From an uncultured Bacteroidota bacterium (GTDB lineage Bacteria; Bacteroidota; Bacteroidia; UKL13-3): a DNA stretch of 58,635 bases. Below the pieces are notes generated by a model that saw nothing but the letters and a program-made list of their open reading frames with translations, was not told the origin of the DNA and did not search any database. The stretch is from assembly GCA_903898215.1 (NCBI GenBank), contig CAIUEQ010000126.1:1-58635 (forward strand), in the 5' to 3' direction. The translations under genes were made by a program, and so were the position numbers. The number at the start of each line of letters is the position of its first letter. Positions within the stretch are counted from its first letter, which is position 1. Of this stretch, positions 9,612 to 19,368 are shown piece after piece.

Positions 9612-10713
9612 GGTTTTTAAAAATTATATCGAATATAGCTCCTTGAGGATAATTATCTCTGACATTTATTTCGGCATGATGAAGGGTTAATAAATTCTTT
9701 ACAATAAATAATCCCAGTCCGGTGCCTTTTGTTTTGCGAATATTTTCATTACCTGCACGATAAAATTTTGTAAAAATATGTTTTTTATCTTCCTCAGAAA
9801 TGTTTATCCCGGTATTGCTTATGGATAAAATAATTTTACCCATTTCACGCTTTAAGCTTACTTCAATAGTGCCATTTTTTGGAGAATATTTGGCAGCATT
9901 GCTTAACAAATTTGTAATCACCATAATGATTGCATTTTCGTCAGCATTGATTGAAATGTTTTTTTCAATATTTTGTTGGAAATTGAAAACAATCTCTCTG
10001 GGAAGTGCAAATTTATCAGTAGTTTCAGAAACCAATTCACTTAAAAGAACAGTTTTAAAAACAGGTTCATATTTGTGAGTATCGAGTTGTGTTGCCAGTA
10101 ATAAATTTTCGACAAGCTCATTCAGTCTGCTAACATCATTCAATGAATTTTGTAAAATTGTTTTTGTTTGCTCTTCATCAAGTTTTCTTTTTTTCAGGGT
10201 TTCGATATAAAGTTTAATTGAAGCGAGAGGTGTTTTTAATTCGTGAGTGATTGAGAGCAAAAAATTACTCTGTTGTCTTTTCAATTTAATTTGATTTTGA
10301 AGGCTACGATAAATTAAAATAATTCCCCAAAATAAAAGAACCACCATTGCAATTCCTTCGCTTGTATACATCCAGATTTTTCGAGACAATTTTTTTTCAA
10401 GTTCGAAATAAGAATTTTCTTTCGGACGAATTAAAAAATTATTGTAATCATTTTCGTTTTGAGGATTAAAAACAATTTCAAGTTTTGGGTAGTGGCTGAT
10501 AAAATATTTTTTAACTCCGTTCGAATCGTTAAACATTCCTTGAATAATTTCACCATTTACATCTACTGTTGCTTTATAACATTCTGTTTCGATCTGGTGT
10601 TTTTCCAGCGAAACAAATTCCTTATTGTCGTGAATGTGAGCGTAAGTCCACCAAGCAAAAGCAGCGATAATGTATATCGAGAGGAAAGCGAAGATGATAT
10701 TGGTTTTATTCAA
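9589..10713 (-). CDS. Sensor histidine kinase
   Basis: Two TM segments, H-box ITHELKTPLASIKLY, N-box NLLSNAAKYSP, G-box GTGLGLFIVKNL. It overlaps the regulator gene by 23 nt. Apparent TTG start. Confidence 0.9.
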   Translation of the reverse strand: MNKTNIIFAFLSIYIIAAFAWWTYAHIHDNKEFVSLEKHQIETECYKATVDVNGEIIQGMFNDSNGVKKYFISHYPKLEIVFNPQNENDYNNFLIRPKENSYFELEKKLSRKIWMYTSEGIAMVVLLFWGIILIYRSLQNQIKLKRQQSNFLLSITHELKTPLASIKLYIETLKKRKLDEEQTKTILQNSLNDVSRLNELVENLLLATQLDTHKYEPVFKTVLLSELVSETTDKFALPREIVFNFQQNIEKNISINADENAIIMVITNLLSNAAKYSPKNGTIEVSLKREMGKIILSISNTGINISEEDKKHIFTKFYRAGNENIRKTKGTGLGLFIVKNLLTLHHAEINVRDNYPQGAIFDIIFKNHEKNIIG

Positions 10714-10726
10714 TTGCGGAAATATT

Positions 10727-10948
10727 TTACAAATCCCAAATGGTTTTACGTTTCCCTTTGTTCAAATATTTTTTTAGGTTGAGCCAAAAAGCAAGAGAAA
10801 GGTAAACGATAATAGGGGACCCAAAAGTGATAAAAGAAGTATAGATAAAATACAAACGAATGGTTGATGAAGAAATTCCAAATTTTTCTCCAAGATAGCT
10901 GCAAACGCCAAAAGCGTGTTTTTCAAAAAAGTATTTTATCTTATCCAT
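10727..10948 (-). CDS. PspC domain-containing membrane protein
   Basis: PspC-like segment GVCSYLGEKFGISSSTIRLYFI followed by a TM helix. ATG 10948 (MDKIKYF) preferred over the TTG at 10960. Confidence 0.65.
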   Translation of the reverse strand: MDKIKYFFEKHAFGVCSYLGEKFGISSSTIRLYFIYTSFITFGSPIIVYLSLAFWLNLKKYLNKGKRKTIWDL

Positions 10949-10993
10949 TGCTTGGCGCAATTTAAACTATTCTTTTAAATGTGCTCTATGATT

Positions 10994-11560
10994 TTATAAT
11001 TTTGGCATTGAAGTACCTGTTGTTACTTCCCAACCATCGCTTAAAAAGCACTTAGGGTTTTCGGGTAAAACAAGGTTGATTAAAAGGGATGTACCTATTC
11101 CTACACCGAAAGAAATACCGAGAGTTTCCAATGTTGTAAACTTGTTTTTTTGATACAAGTCGGTTAATAAATATCCTGTTCCAAAAATTGTTGCAATCAT
11201 CATTGAGCTTTTAAAAAATTGTCGCCCAACAGTCATTCTTCGAAAGGCAATAATATCTTTTAACAGCACTTTTTTATAAATAAATTTCGGATTATTTGAG
11301 ATCGATTTTTTGAATAAATCTCCCAATAACTCAGGGTCGACACCCAAATAAATAAATGAATCAGTTATTTCGGTAACGGTTTGTTTAGCAAATTCAGGCT
11401 GACCTAAATAGCCTTTGTATTTAAGTGAAAGTTGTTGCCCGGTTTTTACTTCAATTATTTTGTGTTTTGAGCGGTTGATGAAATACAAATTTGTTTGTGC
11501 TTGTGAAGCACAGTAAAGGGCAATAAAAAGCATCAACAAAAACAAACGTAAATTATTCAT
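10994..11560 (-). CDS. Hypothetical protein with signal peptide and C-terminal TM segments
   Basis: 188-aa ORF with an N-terminal signal-like sequence (LFLLMLFIALYCASQAQ) and two hydrophobic helices near the C-terminus. No family recognised. Confidence 0.55.
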   Translation of the reverse strand: MNNLRLFLLMLFIALYCASQAQTNLYFINRSKHKIIEVKTGQQLSLKYKGYLGQPEFAKQTVTEITDSFIYLGVDPELLGDLFKKSISNNPKFIYKKVLLKDIIAFRRMTVGRQFFKSSMMIATIFGTGYLLTDLYQKNKFTTLETLGISFGVGIGTSLLINLVLPENPKCFLSDGWEVTTGTSMPKL

Positions 11561-12833
11561 CGCTATTCAATAAAATTTGTTTGCCAATAATACAACTCAA
11601 ACATTTCAAATTTGCGCAATAATTATTTTTTAATTGAATTAACGCCTGCGATTCGAAAGCATTTTTTGCGTCAACTCCCATCGACTTCCAAAATAATATG
11701 ATGGAATTATTTTCAGGCATCAATAGTTCATAGAAATTTAATGTCCGCTCAGGCAACTCATCTTTTTCATGCTGTTTACCATATAAAAACATTACAGGCA
11801 AAACAGTATTAACAAGCAATGTTTCGATGGCAGCATTTCCAATTTCGGTTTGCTTGGATTTTGTTTCATGACCAATAAATTCAAACGGGTTGAGCTTGTT
11901 GTTGATTTTTATTTTATAAAGATTGATCAATTCGCTTACACTTTCTGTAGCAAGAATTTTTGAAAATAAATGAGTAGATTGATAAATAAGAGAAGCAAAT
12001 TGAGCAAGCCTAACCGTTGGAAAATTTGCAGGACGAGTTCGTGCAAATTTCCAAACTTTTTTGTCCAAAGTGTGGAGCTGATATTTCTTTTTCAAAAAAT
12101 CAAACTCCCGTTTCATAAGATTGATATAGTTATCCGAATGTGCCGTTTCTAAAAATCCGGCAACGCCAAATACCAAGGATTCAATTTGTATCAAACTGTT
12201 TTTGTGTTTTGAAATAACTGAAAGCGGTAAATTTTGTGCAAGCCATTCAAAAGGTTGTGCATTGGTTTTCATTCCAAAATATTTTGCCGTTAGTACATAA
12301 AACATGGTTTCCCAATGATTATTATTTTGCACAAGACTTGATTCAATGCGAGCACATTTTTCTTCTAAACGTTCCACTAGCAAGCGAGCCATAAAATTTA
12401 ATAATTCGGTAGAGGAAGGAACTGTAAAAATTTTTTCGCAGGCAATGGTGTTTTGGTTTAGCTGCAGTTGATGATGTTTTCGGAGTGTGAGCGGAGAAAT
12501 TAAATTCCGAAGTTCGATGCAAGGAATAGGTTTTCCGTTAGCATAAAAAATCTCTGCATCATGAAAATATACCACATGTAAAATAACGTTGTCGTAATTT
12601 CTATCAATTTGATGATTGTGGGTTTTCCAGTCGGAAGACTTGATATGAATTTCAATATTTCCTGCCCAAAGCGTATTTCCAATTTTAACTTTGGCATTAA
12701 AAAAATCGGGACCGGCATCCGAATTCAGGATACCAGTTTGAATGATCTGCAAAGGTTCTCCGGAAATTGTTTTTAGAGGTTGTTTCAGGAGTGTTTTACT
12801 TTGCCAGATGAAGTGGAGGAGTTCTTCTTTCAT
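11553..12833 (-). CDS. DUF2851 family protein
   Basis: Start at ATG 12833 (MKEELLHFIWQ). The segment GPDFFNAKVKIGNTLWAGNIEIHIKSSDW matches my memory of DUF2851 proteins of Bacteroidota. Confidence 0.6.
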   Translation of the reverse strand: MKEELLHFIWQSKTLLKQPLKTISGEPLQIIQTGILNSDAGPDFFNAKVKIGNTLWAGNIEIHIKSSDWKTHNHQIDRNYDNVILHVVYFHDAEIFYANGKPIPCIELRNLISPLTLRKHHQLQLNQNTIACEKIFTVPSSTELLNFMARLLVERLEEKCARIESSLVQNNNHWETMFYVLTAKYFGMKTNAQPFEWLAQNLPLSVISKHKNSLIQIESLVFGVAGFLETAHSDNYINLMKREFDFLKKKYQLHTLDKKVWKFARTRPANFPTVRLAQFASLIYQSTHLFSKILATESVSELINLYKIKINNKLNPFEFIGHETKSKQTEIGNAAIETLLVNTVLPVMFLYGKQHEKDELPERTLNFYELLMPENNSIILFWKSMGVDAKNAFESQALIQLKNNYCANLKCLSCIIGKQILLNSDE

Positions 12834-12860
12834 AAGCAAAGGCAAGATAAAAAATTATTA

Positions 12861-13679
12861 TCAAATGATACCGAATTGTTTCAATAAAATTTTCATTTCG
12901 TCATTGATATTTTGAGCTTCTGCTTTAGCTTTTTGGGCAAAATCTTTTTCATTTCCTGCATAGATAATACTACGTGAAGCGTTCACTAATAAACCGCAAT
13001 CTTCATTCATTCCAAATTTAGCAACATCGCTCAAACTGCCGCCCTGAGCACCAACACCGGGAACCAATAAAAAATGTTTGGGAATTATTTTTCTGATGTT
13101 TGCGAGTTCTTCAGCTTTTGTAGCACCAACAACAAACATCAAATTTGAAATATTGCCTATCTCGCAAGTTGTTTTAATCACACGTTCATATAATTTTTCG
13201 TCACCTATACTTTTTTGTTCATAATCTTCACTTCCCGAATTTGAAGTAAGCGCTAAAACGATTCCCCATTTGTTTTCATAATTAAAAAAAGGAGCGATTG
13301 AATCTTTGCCCATATAAGGCGCAAGTGTTACCGAATCGAAACTCAGGTTTTCAAAAAAAGCACGGGCATACATATCGCTTGTATTACCAATGTCTCCACG
13401 TTTTGCATCGGCAATGGTAAAAATATTTTTAGGAATATAATTCAAGGTACGCTCCATTGTTTCCCAGCCTTTACTTCCCATCGATTCGTAAAAAGCAGTG
13501 TTTATTTTATAAGAAACGCAATGATCTTTTGTTGCATCAATAATGGCTTTATTAAACTCGAAAACAGGATCAGTTTCGGATAATAAATGAGAAGGAATTT
13601 TCTTAATGTCGGTATCTAAACCAACACATAAAAACGATGCTTTGTTTTTAATTTCCTGTATAAGTTGACTTCTGTTCAC
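12861..13679 (-). CDS. pyrF: Orotidine-5'-phosphate decarboxylase (type 2)
   Basis: 272 aa with motifs [19 protein letters not shown] and VPGVGAQGG. Confidence 0.9.
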   Translation of the reverse strand: MNRSQLIQEIKNKASFLCVGLDTDIKKIPSHLLSETDPVFEFNKAIIDATKDHCVSYKINTAFYESMGSKGWETMERTLNYIPKNIFTIADAKRGDIGNTSDMYARAFFENLSFDSVTLAPYMGKDSIAPFFNYENKWGIVLALTSNSGSEDYEQKSIGDEKLYERVIKTTCEIGNISNLMFVVGATKAEELANIRKIIPKHFLLVPGVGAQGGSLSDVAKFGMNEDCGLLVNASRSIIYAGNEKDFAQKAKAEAQNINDEMKILLKQFGII

Positions 13680-13680
13680 G

Positions 13681-14352
13681 TTAAAAAAGTAAATTAAATT
13701 CTAATGAAAAATTATTGATGTATCCTCCATTATTTGCCGGTTGTGCGGCTGAAGGCCATGGTTGATTTTGGTTGAGGTTTAGCAATCCGTATTTTCCTAA
13801 AACCTGAAAACCTACAAATGGGGTGTTAAATTGAAAACCCAAAATTGCAGAACAATCATTTTTGTTGAATGATGGAGATGTTGGTTCAGGAAGTGCGTTT
13901 GTAGAAATATAAAAAGCTGAACTTACTAAATAAGAATATTGAAGACCCGCAACAACAAAATCGTTTTTAGTTTTATCAAATGCATAGGATAACATCAATG
14001 GCATGTCTAAATAATATAATCTGATCGAACTGTATTCGGCAGGGTTATTATTAAAATTGCTTCCTCTAAACGAAGCACCAAATTCGGCTTGTATCGAAAA
14101 TTTCGGATTAAACCGATAACGTAAATATGCGCTTCCGTTAATGCCAATTCTTCCAATTGCGTTATGTAATTCAGTTCCCGATAAACCCGAATAACCAATG
14201 CCAAGTTTTAAACCAAATTTTAAAGGATCGCTATTGTCGGGTTTAAAAAATGTTACTTCTTCATTTTCACCTATATTAGTGGAATCGGTTTGTTGAGCAT
14301 AACAAACGATTGTTGATCCAAACAATAATATGGTGAATAAGATTTTTTGCAT
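13681..14352 (-). CDS. Outer-membrane beta-barrel (porin-family) protein
   Basis: Signal peptide ([20 protein letters not shown]), alternating beta-strand pattern, C-terminal F (EFNLLF). ATG 14352 preferred over the TTG at 14370. Confidence 0.65.
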   Translation of the reverse strand: MQKILFTILLFGSTIVCYAQQTDSTNIGENEEVTFFKPDNSDPLKFGLKLGIGYSGLSGTELHNAIGRIGINGSAYLRYRFNPKFSIQAEFGASFRGSNFNNNPAEYSSIRLYYLDMPLMLSYAFDKTKNDFVVAGLQYSYLVSSAFYISTNALPEPTSPSFNKNDCSAILGFQFNTPFVGFQVLGKYGLLNLNQNQPWPSAAQPANNGGYINNFSLEFNLLF

Positions 14353-14707
14353 AAGTTTTATCACTCGCAATTTATATTAATCAACGGTCACATAAAACAT
14401 AAAGTATTCTTAAAATATGTAAACATATAATTGTGTTGATAGAGGTGGTGAGGATAAATTGAATTTTAAAAAGCGAAAGACAATAAACATACAAATTTCT
14501 ATTGCTGTTTAGTTCGTTGTGAAAAGGAAGAAAAAATATGCGTATTAAAAAGTATCCAAAACAGAAAGTTTTCTAATATGAAAATCATCTAGCCAAAATA
14601 ACATGCAAAAAGGGTCTGATTAAACGGCTATCAAATTTTTAATCGAGAGCGAATAGTAAATATTAAAAAAAAAATACACTACATTCGGATTAACAAATAC
14701 TTAAAAC

Positions 14708-17700
14708 ATGAAAAAAGATTATACCCCAATCAAATTTGTGATCGTAATTTTTATGGTTATGATAAGTGTGATGTATGCACAAGCACAAAGCATTTTGCCA
14801 CATTCTGCCACCATCGTAAATAATATTGTTTCTCATCCAAGGGTTTTTCACACCAATACAGGATTTGCAAAAACAAGTATATGTGGTGTTGATACGGTAA
14901 ATTATACTTTTAATAAAACAACGTCATTTCAAAGCATCACTTTAAATGCATCCACAAGTGGAAATATTTTCGCACAATGGTATCCTGCAGCTGGAGCAAT
15001 CACAGTTTCAGGTTTTGATTTTTATGCATGGCAAGCCGCAGGGTCAAGTGCTGTAGTAACATTAACATGTAATATTTATAATGCATCATCCGATTCGTTA
15101 CCAACAGGTACACCCATACGGTCGATTACTGTTGCTGTTGATTCATCTTTTGGTGGAGGACTACTTTCAGTTTTGAGAAAAAAAGCAATATTTAGCACAC
15201 CATATACAACAAGTTCGCCTTACGTAATTACAATCGAAACATCGAGTTCAATAAATGTTGCAGTTGTTGCAAACAGTTGGGTGGCATCACCTCCAAATGG
15301 TCGCAGCGAATGGCTTAGTTCTGTTAAAATAGGAAGCACATTTGTGAGAGGATATAATGTTAGCATTGGAAGCGCACAGTTTAATGCCGATTTTATTTTT
15401 CAACCTTATGTTTCATTTTCTTTCACTGCAGGTTTCACAGCCGCATCTTGTAATGCAGGAGGGAATAGTATATTTCTTAATAACACATCGTCTTCTGTTT
15501 TATTTAATCGCTTTTATAGTGTTAGAGCATTTCAAGGAATTCCTCAGTTTAGTTGTATTTGGGATTATGGTGATTCGAGCGGAACTTATTATACAGTAAA
15601 CGGAACACATACATATAATTATCGCATTCCATATACTGTAAAATTATTGGATACATTATATGGCTGGATGGTTGGATGTGCAGACAGAGCCCAGTTAACT
15701 TTGAGTGTAGCACCACCTGTTCCAAATGCGAATAATAATGGACCATTATGCAGTGGAGCAACTCTACGATTAAATGCAGATACAATTTCTGGAGCAAGTT
15801 ATTATTGGACCGGTCCTAATGGTTTTACATCTAGTATTCAAAACCCAACTATTTCTTCAGTGAGCATTTCTGTGATAGGAACATATTCGGTGAGAGCAAT
15901 AATTGGCCAGTGCTCATCAATGGTAGCAACTACTTATGTGAATGTAATTAGCACACCGAGCGTAACCAATAACGGACCACTTTGTGCCGGACAATCACTT
16001 AATTTATCAGTAACAAACATTTCCGGAGCATCATATTCATGGACCGGACCAAACAGTTTTACATCATCATCACAAAGTCCAACCAAAACAGGAACAACAG
16101 TTGCAGATTCGGGAGTTTATAGTGTAAGTGTAACACTTGCAGGTTGTGGAACAATAGGACCTTATACTACAGCAGCCGTAATTAATAGAGTCCCCACAAC
16201 ACCCACGCTCACTAATAACGGGCCGCTTTGTGTAGGTGATAATTTGAATTTAACGGCAACTCAATATTCGGGAGGCACGTATAGTTGGACCGGACCAAAC
16301 AGTTTTACTTCTACACAACAAAATCCAACAAGGGCAAGTGTGTTCAATTCTTATGCAGGTACCTATACCGCAACAATTTCTGCTAACGGATGTACTTCAG
16401 GGCAAGGGTCAACAACAGTAACAATAAACAATGTTCCTTCAACACCAACTGCAGGAAATAATGGCCCACTTTGTAGCGGACAGTCTTTAAGTTTAACGGC
16501 TACCGCAATATCTGGGGCAGCATATAGTTGGAGTGGACCAAATAGTTTTACATCTACTTCACAAAATCCATCTCGAACATCACTTACAACTGCTGATGCA
16601 GGAAATTATAGTGTGATAGCAACTTTAAATGGTTGTGCTTCTGTTGCTGGAGTAACTTATGTTGCAATAACAACGCTTACACCAACACCAATTGCAGGAA
16701 GTAATGGACCGCTTTGTCCGGGACAAAACTTACAATTAAGCGCATCAACTATTTCAGGTGCAACATATGCATGGACCGGACCGAACAGTTTTACTTCAAC
16801 TCAGCAAAACCCGTCAATTAGTAACGTGTCTTCAACAAATGCAGGGATTTATAGTGTTACAGCAATAACAAGTGGTTGTGGAACTTCATCATCAGGAAAT
16901 ATAACTTTAGCAATAAACTCTTTACCATCAGCACCAACATCAGGAAATAATGGCCCTGTTTGTAATGGCGATTCATTGTATTTAACTGCATCAAACATCA
17001 CAGGAGCTACATATTTTTGGAGTGGTCCAAATGGTTTTACTTCTTCTTTACAAAGTCCGGTTATACTCAACATGAGTAGTTTAAAAGCCGGGGCCTATAG
17101 TGTTTATGTTACTGTTTCGGGATGTGGCACATCTTCGTCATCTTCAACAACTGCAATAACTCATTCAGTTCCGGCAGCACCAACAACGATAAGCAGTATT
17201 TCAGTTTGTGCGGGCGATTCGATTGCTCTTTCCGGTTCGGCTTCAGGAGTTGGTTCTTCGGCAACATTCAGATGGACGGGTCCCAATAGTTTTAATTCAA
17301 CTTTGACGAGTCCGGTTTTACGTAACGTAAACTCAACTTATGGAGGCACCTACAATTTAACTGTATCTGATTCAGGTTGTACTTCACAGCCATCAACAAC
17401 ATTTGTTGGGATAAAGAGTATTCCTGCTTCAACAACACCAACAAGTAACGCACCTATTTGTGCGGGGGCTAATTTATTTTTGTATTCGACAGGAATTACT
17501 GGAGCAACTTATTTATGGAAGGGGCCAAGCGGAAATTATATTGCAGCGACACAAAACTGTTTTATTCAAAACACAACTGCATTAATTAATAGCGGAGTAT
17601 ATACAGTCTCATCAATTGTTAATGGTTGTACTTCTATTCCTGCATCATTAACGGTATTAGTAAATCCGTTACCGGCAACTCCAGGAATATCGAACTCGGG

Positions 17701-18697
17701 CCCAAAATGTATTGGCGACAATATTACACTTTCGGCAACCTACGTTCCAAGTGCAACATATAGCTGGAGCGGACCTGGAGGGTTTTCTTCTTCGCAACAA
17801 TATCCGGTACTTTCAAATATTACAACAGCTATGTCGGGAATTTATAGTGTGATTACTATCTCATCATCCTGTACTTCTGTTCCAGCTTCAACAGCAGTAA
17901 TTGTAAATACTTTTCCATTAGCTCCTGCGCTAACTAGTAACCCTTCATCGGGAAACACATGTTCCGGAGACAGTATGCAGTTGTTTGTGAGCACAGTTAC
18001 CGGTGCAACATACGATTGGCAAGGGCCGGCAGGTTTTGGGTCAACTACTCAAAATCCGATAATTAGAAATTTATCATCTGCAAATGCAGGAACATATAAA
18101 GCTTCTGTTACTGTTGGAGGATGTTCTTCACCACAATCAAACATTACTATTGCTGTAAATCAATCACCGGTTACAAGCGCAATTACAGGATCAAATTCTG
18201 TAAAAAGATTTTCAACCCAAACGTATTCTGTTACAGGATCACCGGGGTCAGTATTTAACTGGAGTGTTATAGGAGGTTCAATTCAAAGTGGAGGAACATC
18301 TAACACTGTGGTTGTTCATTGGGATTCAACCAAAGCCAATGCGTTGATAAAAGTTATTGAAACATCAGCTTTAGGTTGCAACGGATCTTTGGTACAACAA
18401 AATGTAATAGTTAAATCAACGATTGGTATTGCTGAAAATGCTATGAAAATGGGTAGCGTTTCATTATTTCCAAATCCTGCTAGTAAAATTTTGAATGTTG
18501 ATTTTGATCTGATACATTCAGCTAATTCTAAAATAGAATTTGTGAATATGTTAGGGCAATCGGTTTTAGAATTTTCTAAAAATGTTTCATCAAAAGATGC
18601 GATTCAATTAGATATTTCTTCTCTAAAAACGGGAATGTATTTTGTAAGTATTGTTATAGGAGATGAAAAGAAAACGATGAAAATAACAGTCGAGTAA
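14708..18697 (+). CDS. Giant T9SS-secreted repeat adhesin-like protein
   Basis: 1329 aa, with these parts in order:
- a signal peptide;
- an N-terminal region of about 330 aa of unknown fold;
- ten tandem Ig-like repeats of about 82 aa, consensus NNGPLCxGxxLxLxAxxISGAxYxWTGPNxFTSxxQNPxI...AGxYSV...GC;
- one different beta-domain;
- a C-terminal T9SS type-A sorting-domain-like tail (SLFPNPASKILNV...GMYFVSIVIGDEKKTMKITVE). Confidence 0.85.
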   Translation: MKKDYTPIKFVIVIFMVMISVMYAQAQSILPHSATIVNNIVSHPRVFHTNTGFAKTSICGVDTVNYTFNKTTSFQSITLNASTSGNIFAQWYPAAGAITVSGFDFYAWQAAGSSAVVTLTCNIYNASSDSLPTGTPIRSITVAVDSSFGGGLLSVLRKKAIFSTPYTTSSPYVITIETSSSINVAVVANSWVASPPNGRSEWLSSVKIGSTFVRGYNVSIGSAQFNADFIFQPYVSFSFTAGFTAASCNAGGNSIFLNNTSSSVLFNRFYSVRAFQGIPQFSCIWDYGDSSGTYYTVNGTHTYNYRIPYTVKLLDTLYGWMVGCADRAQLTLSVAPPVPNANNNGPLCSGATLRLNADTISGASYYWTGPNGFTSSIQNPTISSVSISVIGTYSVRAIIGQCSSMVATTYVNVISTPSVTNNGPLCAGQSLNLSVTNISGASYSWTGPNSFTSSSQSPTKTGTTVADSGVYSVSVTLAGCGTIGPYTTAAVINRVPTTPTLTNNGPLCVGDNLNLTATQYSGGTYSWTGPNSFTSTQQNPTRASVFNSYAGTYTATISANGCTSGQGSTTVTINNVPSTPTAGNNGPLCSGQSLSLTATAISGAAYSWSGPNSFTSTSQNPSRTSLTTADAGNYSVIATLNGCASVAGVTYVAITTLTPTPIAGSNGPLCPGQNLQLSASTISGATYAWTGPNSFTSTQQNPSISNVSSTNAGIYSVTAITSGCGTSSSGNITLAINSLPSAPTSGNNGPVCNGDSLYLTASNITGATYFWSGPNGFTSSLQSPVILNMSSLKAGAYSVYVTVSGCGTSSSSSTTAITHSVPAAPTTISSISVCAGDSIALSGSASGVGSSATFRWTGPNSFNSTLTSPVLRNVNSTYGGTYNLTVSDSGCTSQPSTTFVGIKSIPASTTPTSNAPICAGANLFLYSTGITGATYLWKGPSGNYIAATQNCFIQNTTALINSGVYTVSSIVNGCTSIPASLTVLVNPLPATPGISNSGPKCIGDNITLSATYVPSATYSWSGPGGFSSSQQYPVLSNITTAMSGIYSVITISSSCTSVPASTAVIVNTFPLAPALTSNPSSGNTCSGDSMQLFVSTVTGATYDWQGPAGFGSTTQNPIIRNLSSANAGTYKASVTVGGCSSPQSNITIAVNQSPVTSAITGSNSVKRFSTQTYSVTGSPGSVFNWSVIGGSIQSGGTSNTVVVHWDSTKANALIKVIETSALGCNGSLVQQNVIVKSTIGIAENAMKMGSVSLFPNPASKILNVDFDLIHSANSKIEFVNMLGQSVLEFSKNVSSKDAIQLDISSLKTGMYFVSIVIGDEKKTMKITVE
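15711..18163 (+). repeat. Ten in-frame tandem coding repeats (about 245 bp each) inside the adhesin gene
   Basis: Repeat units are visible in the translation. At DNA level, stretches such as TGGACCGGACC(A/G)AACAGTTTTAC recur near 16041, 16287 and 16771. Boundaries are approximate. Confidence 0.8.
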
Positions 18698-18726
18698 ATC
18701 AATTATTTGTAAAAGTGTTTTTTCTT

Positions 18727-18758
18727 ATAAAGCCAATGTTTTTAAACATTGGCTTTAT
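18727..18758. terminator. Hairpin between convergent genes (putative bidirectional terminator)
   Basis: ATAAAGCCAATGT (18727-18739) pairs perfectly with ACATTGGCTTTAT (18746-18758), leaving a 6-nt loop. It lies between the adhesin stop (18697) and the aat stop (18782). The flanking U-tracts are weak. Confidence 0.5.
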
Positions 18759-18781
18759 AGTTTAATAGTTTTCAATTCACA

Positions 18782-19345
18782 TCAACTGATTGCTTCGTTA
18801 AGCAAATTTAAATACGCTTCTTTTTCAATATCAATTGCTCCCAATGTTTTTAAATGTGCGGTTGTATATTGTGTGTCAAGCAGCTTAAAATCATTCGCTT
18901 TTAACCATTCTACCAAAAAAACCAAAGCAGCTTTTGAGGCATCTCTTTCAATATGAAACATCGATTCGCCAAAGAAAGCTTTACCAATAGCAACTCCGTA
19001 TAAACCTCCAACTATCGCATCGTATTCGTTTCGAGTTTCAAAACTAAACGCGTATCCCATTTCATGCAATTCGCAATACACACTTATAATTTCTTCCGAT
19101 ATCCAAACATTGTCATTTCGTGAACAAGAGCGAATGGTTTTTTCAAAATCTTGATTGATGGTGAAGTGAAATTTTTTAGACCGTAAAGTTTGTTTTAGAG
19201 ATTTGCTCACCTTTAAACCATCGAGTGGAATGATTCCCCGAACTTCAGGTTCATACCAATATATTTTAAAATTTTCATCGGCATGAGCCATTGGAAAAAC
19301 GCCCAAAGTATATCCATGCAAAACCTGTTGTGCAGTTAATTTCAT
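18782..19345 (-). CDS. aat: Leucyl/phenylalanyl-tRNA--protein transferase
   Basis: 187 aa with motifs GVFPM and GGLYGVAIGKAFFGESMF, and a C-terminal GNAT-like fold region typical of L/F-transferase. Confidence 0.85.
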   Translation of the reverse strand: MKLTAQQVLHGYTLGVFPMAHADENFKIYWYEPEVRGIIPLDGLKVSKSLKQTLRSKKFHFTINQDFEKTIRSCSRNDNVWISEEIISVYCELHEMGYAFSFETRNEYDAIVGGLYGVAIGKAFFGESMFHIERDASKAALVFLVEWLKANDFKLLDTQYTTAHLKTLGAIDIEKEAYLNLLNEAIS

Positions 19346-19368
19346 TCGTTAATAAGCAAAAGAAAAAA

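Noticed and set aside
15711-18163. Regularly spaced DNA repeats that could be mistaken for a CRISPR-like array
   Set aside because: The repeat period is about 245 bp. The units are in frame within one long ORF, they diverge throughout, and they encode a clear protein-domain consensus. There is no short repeat plus unique spacer structure.
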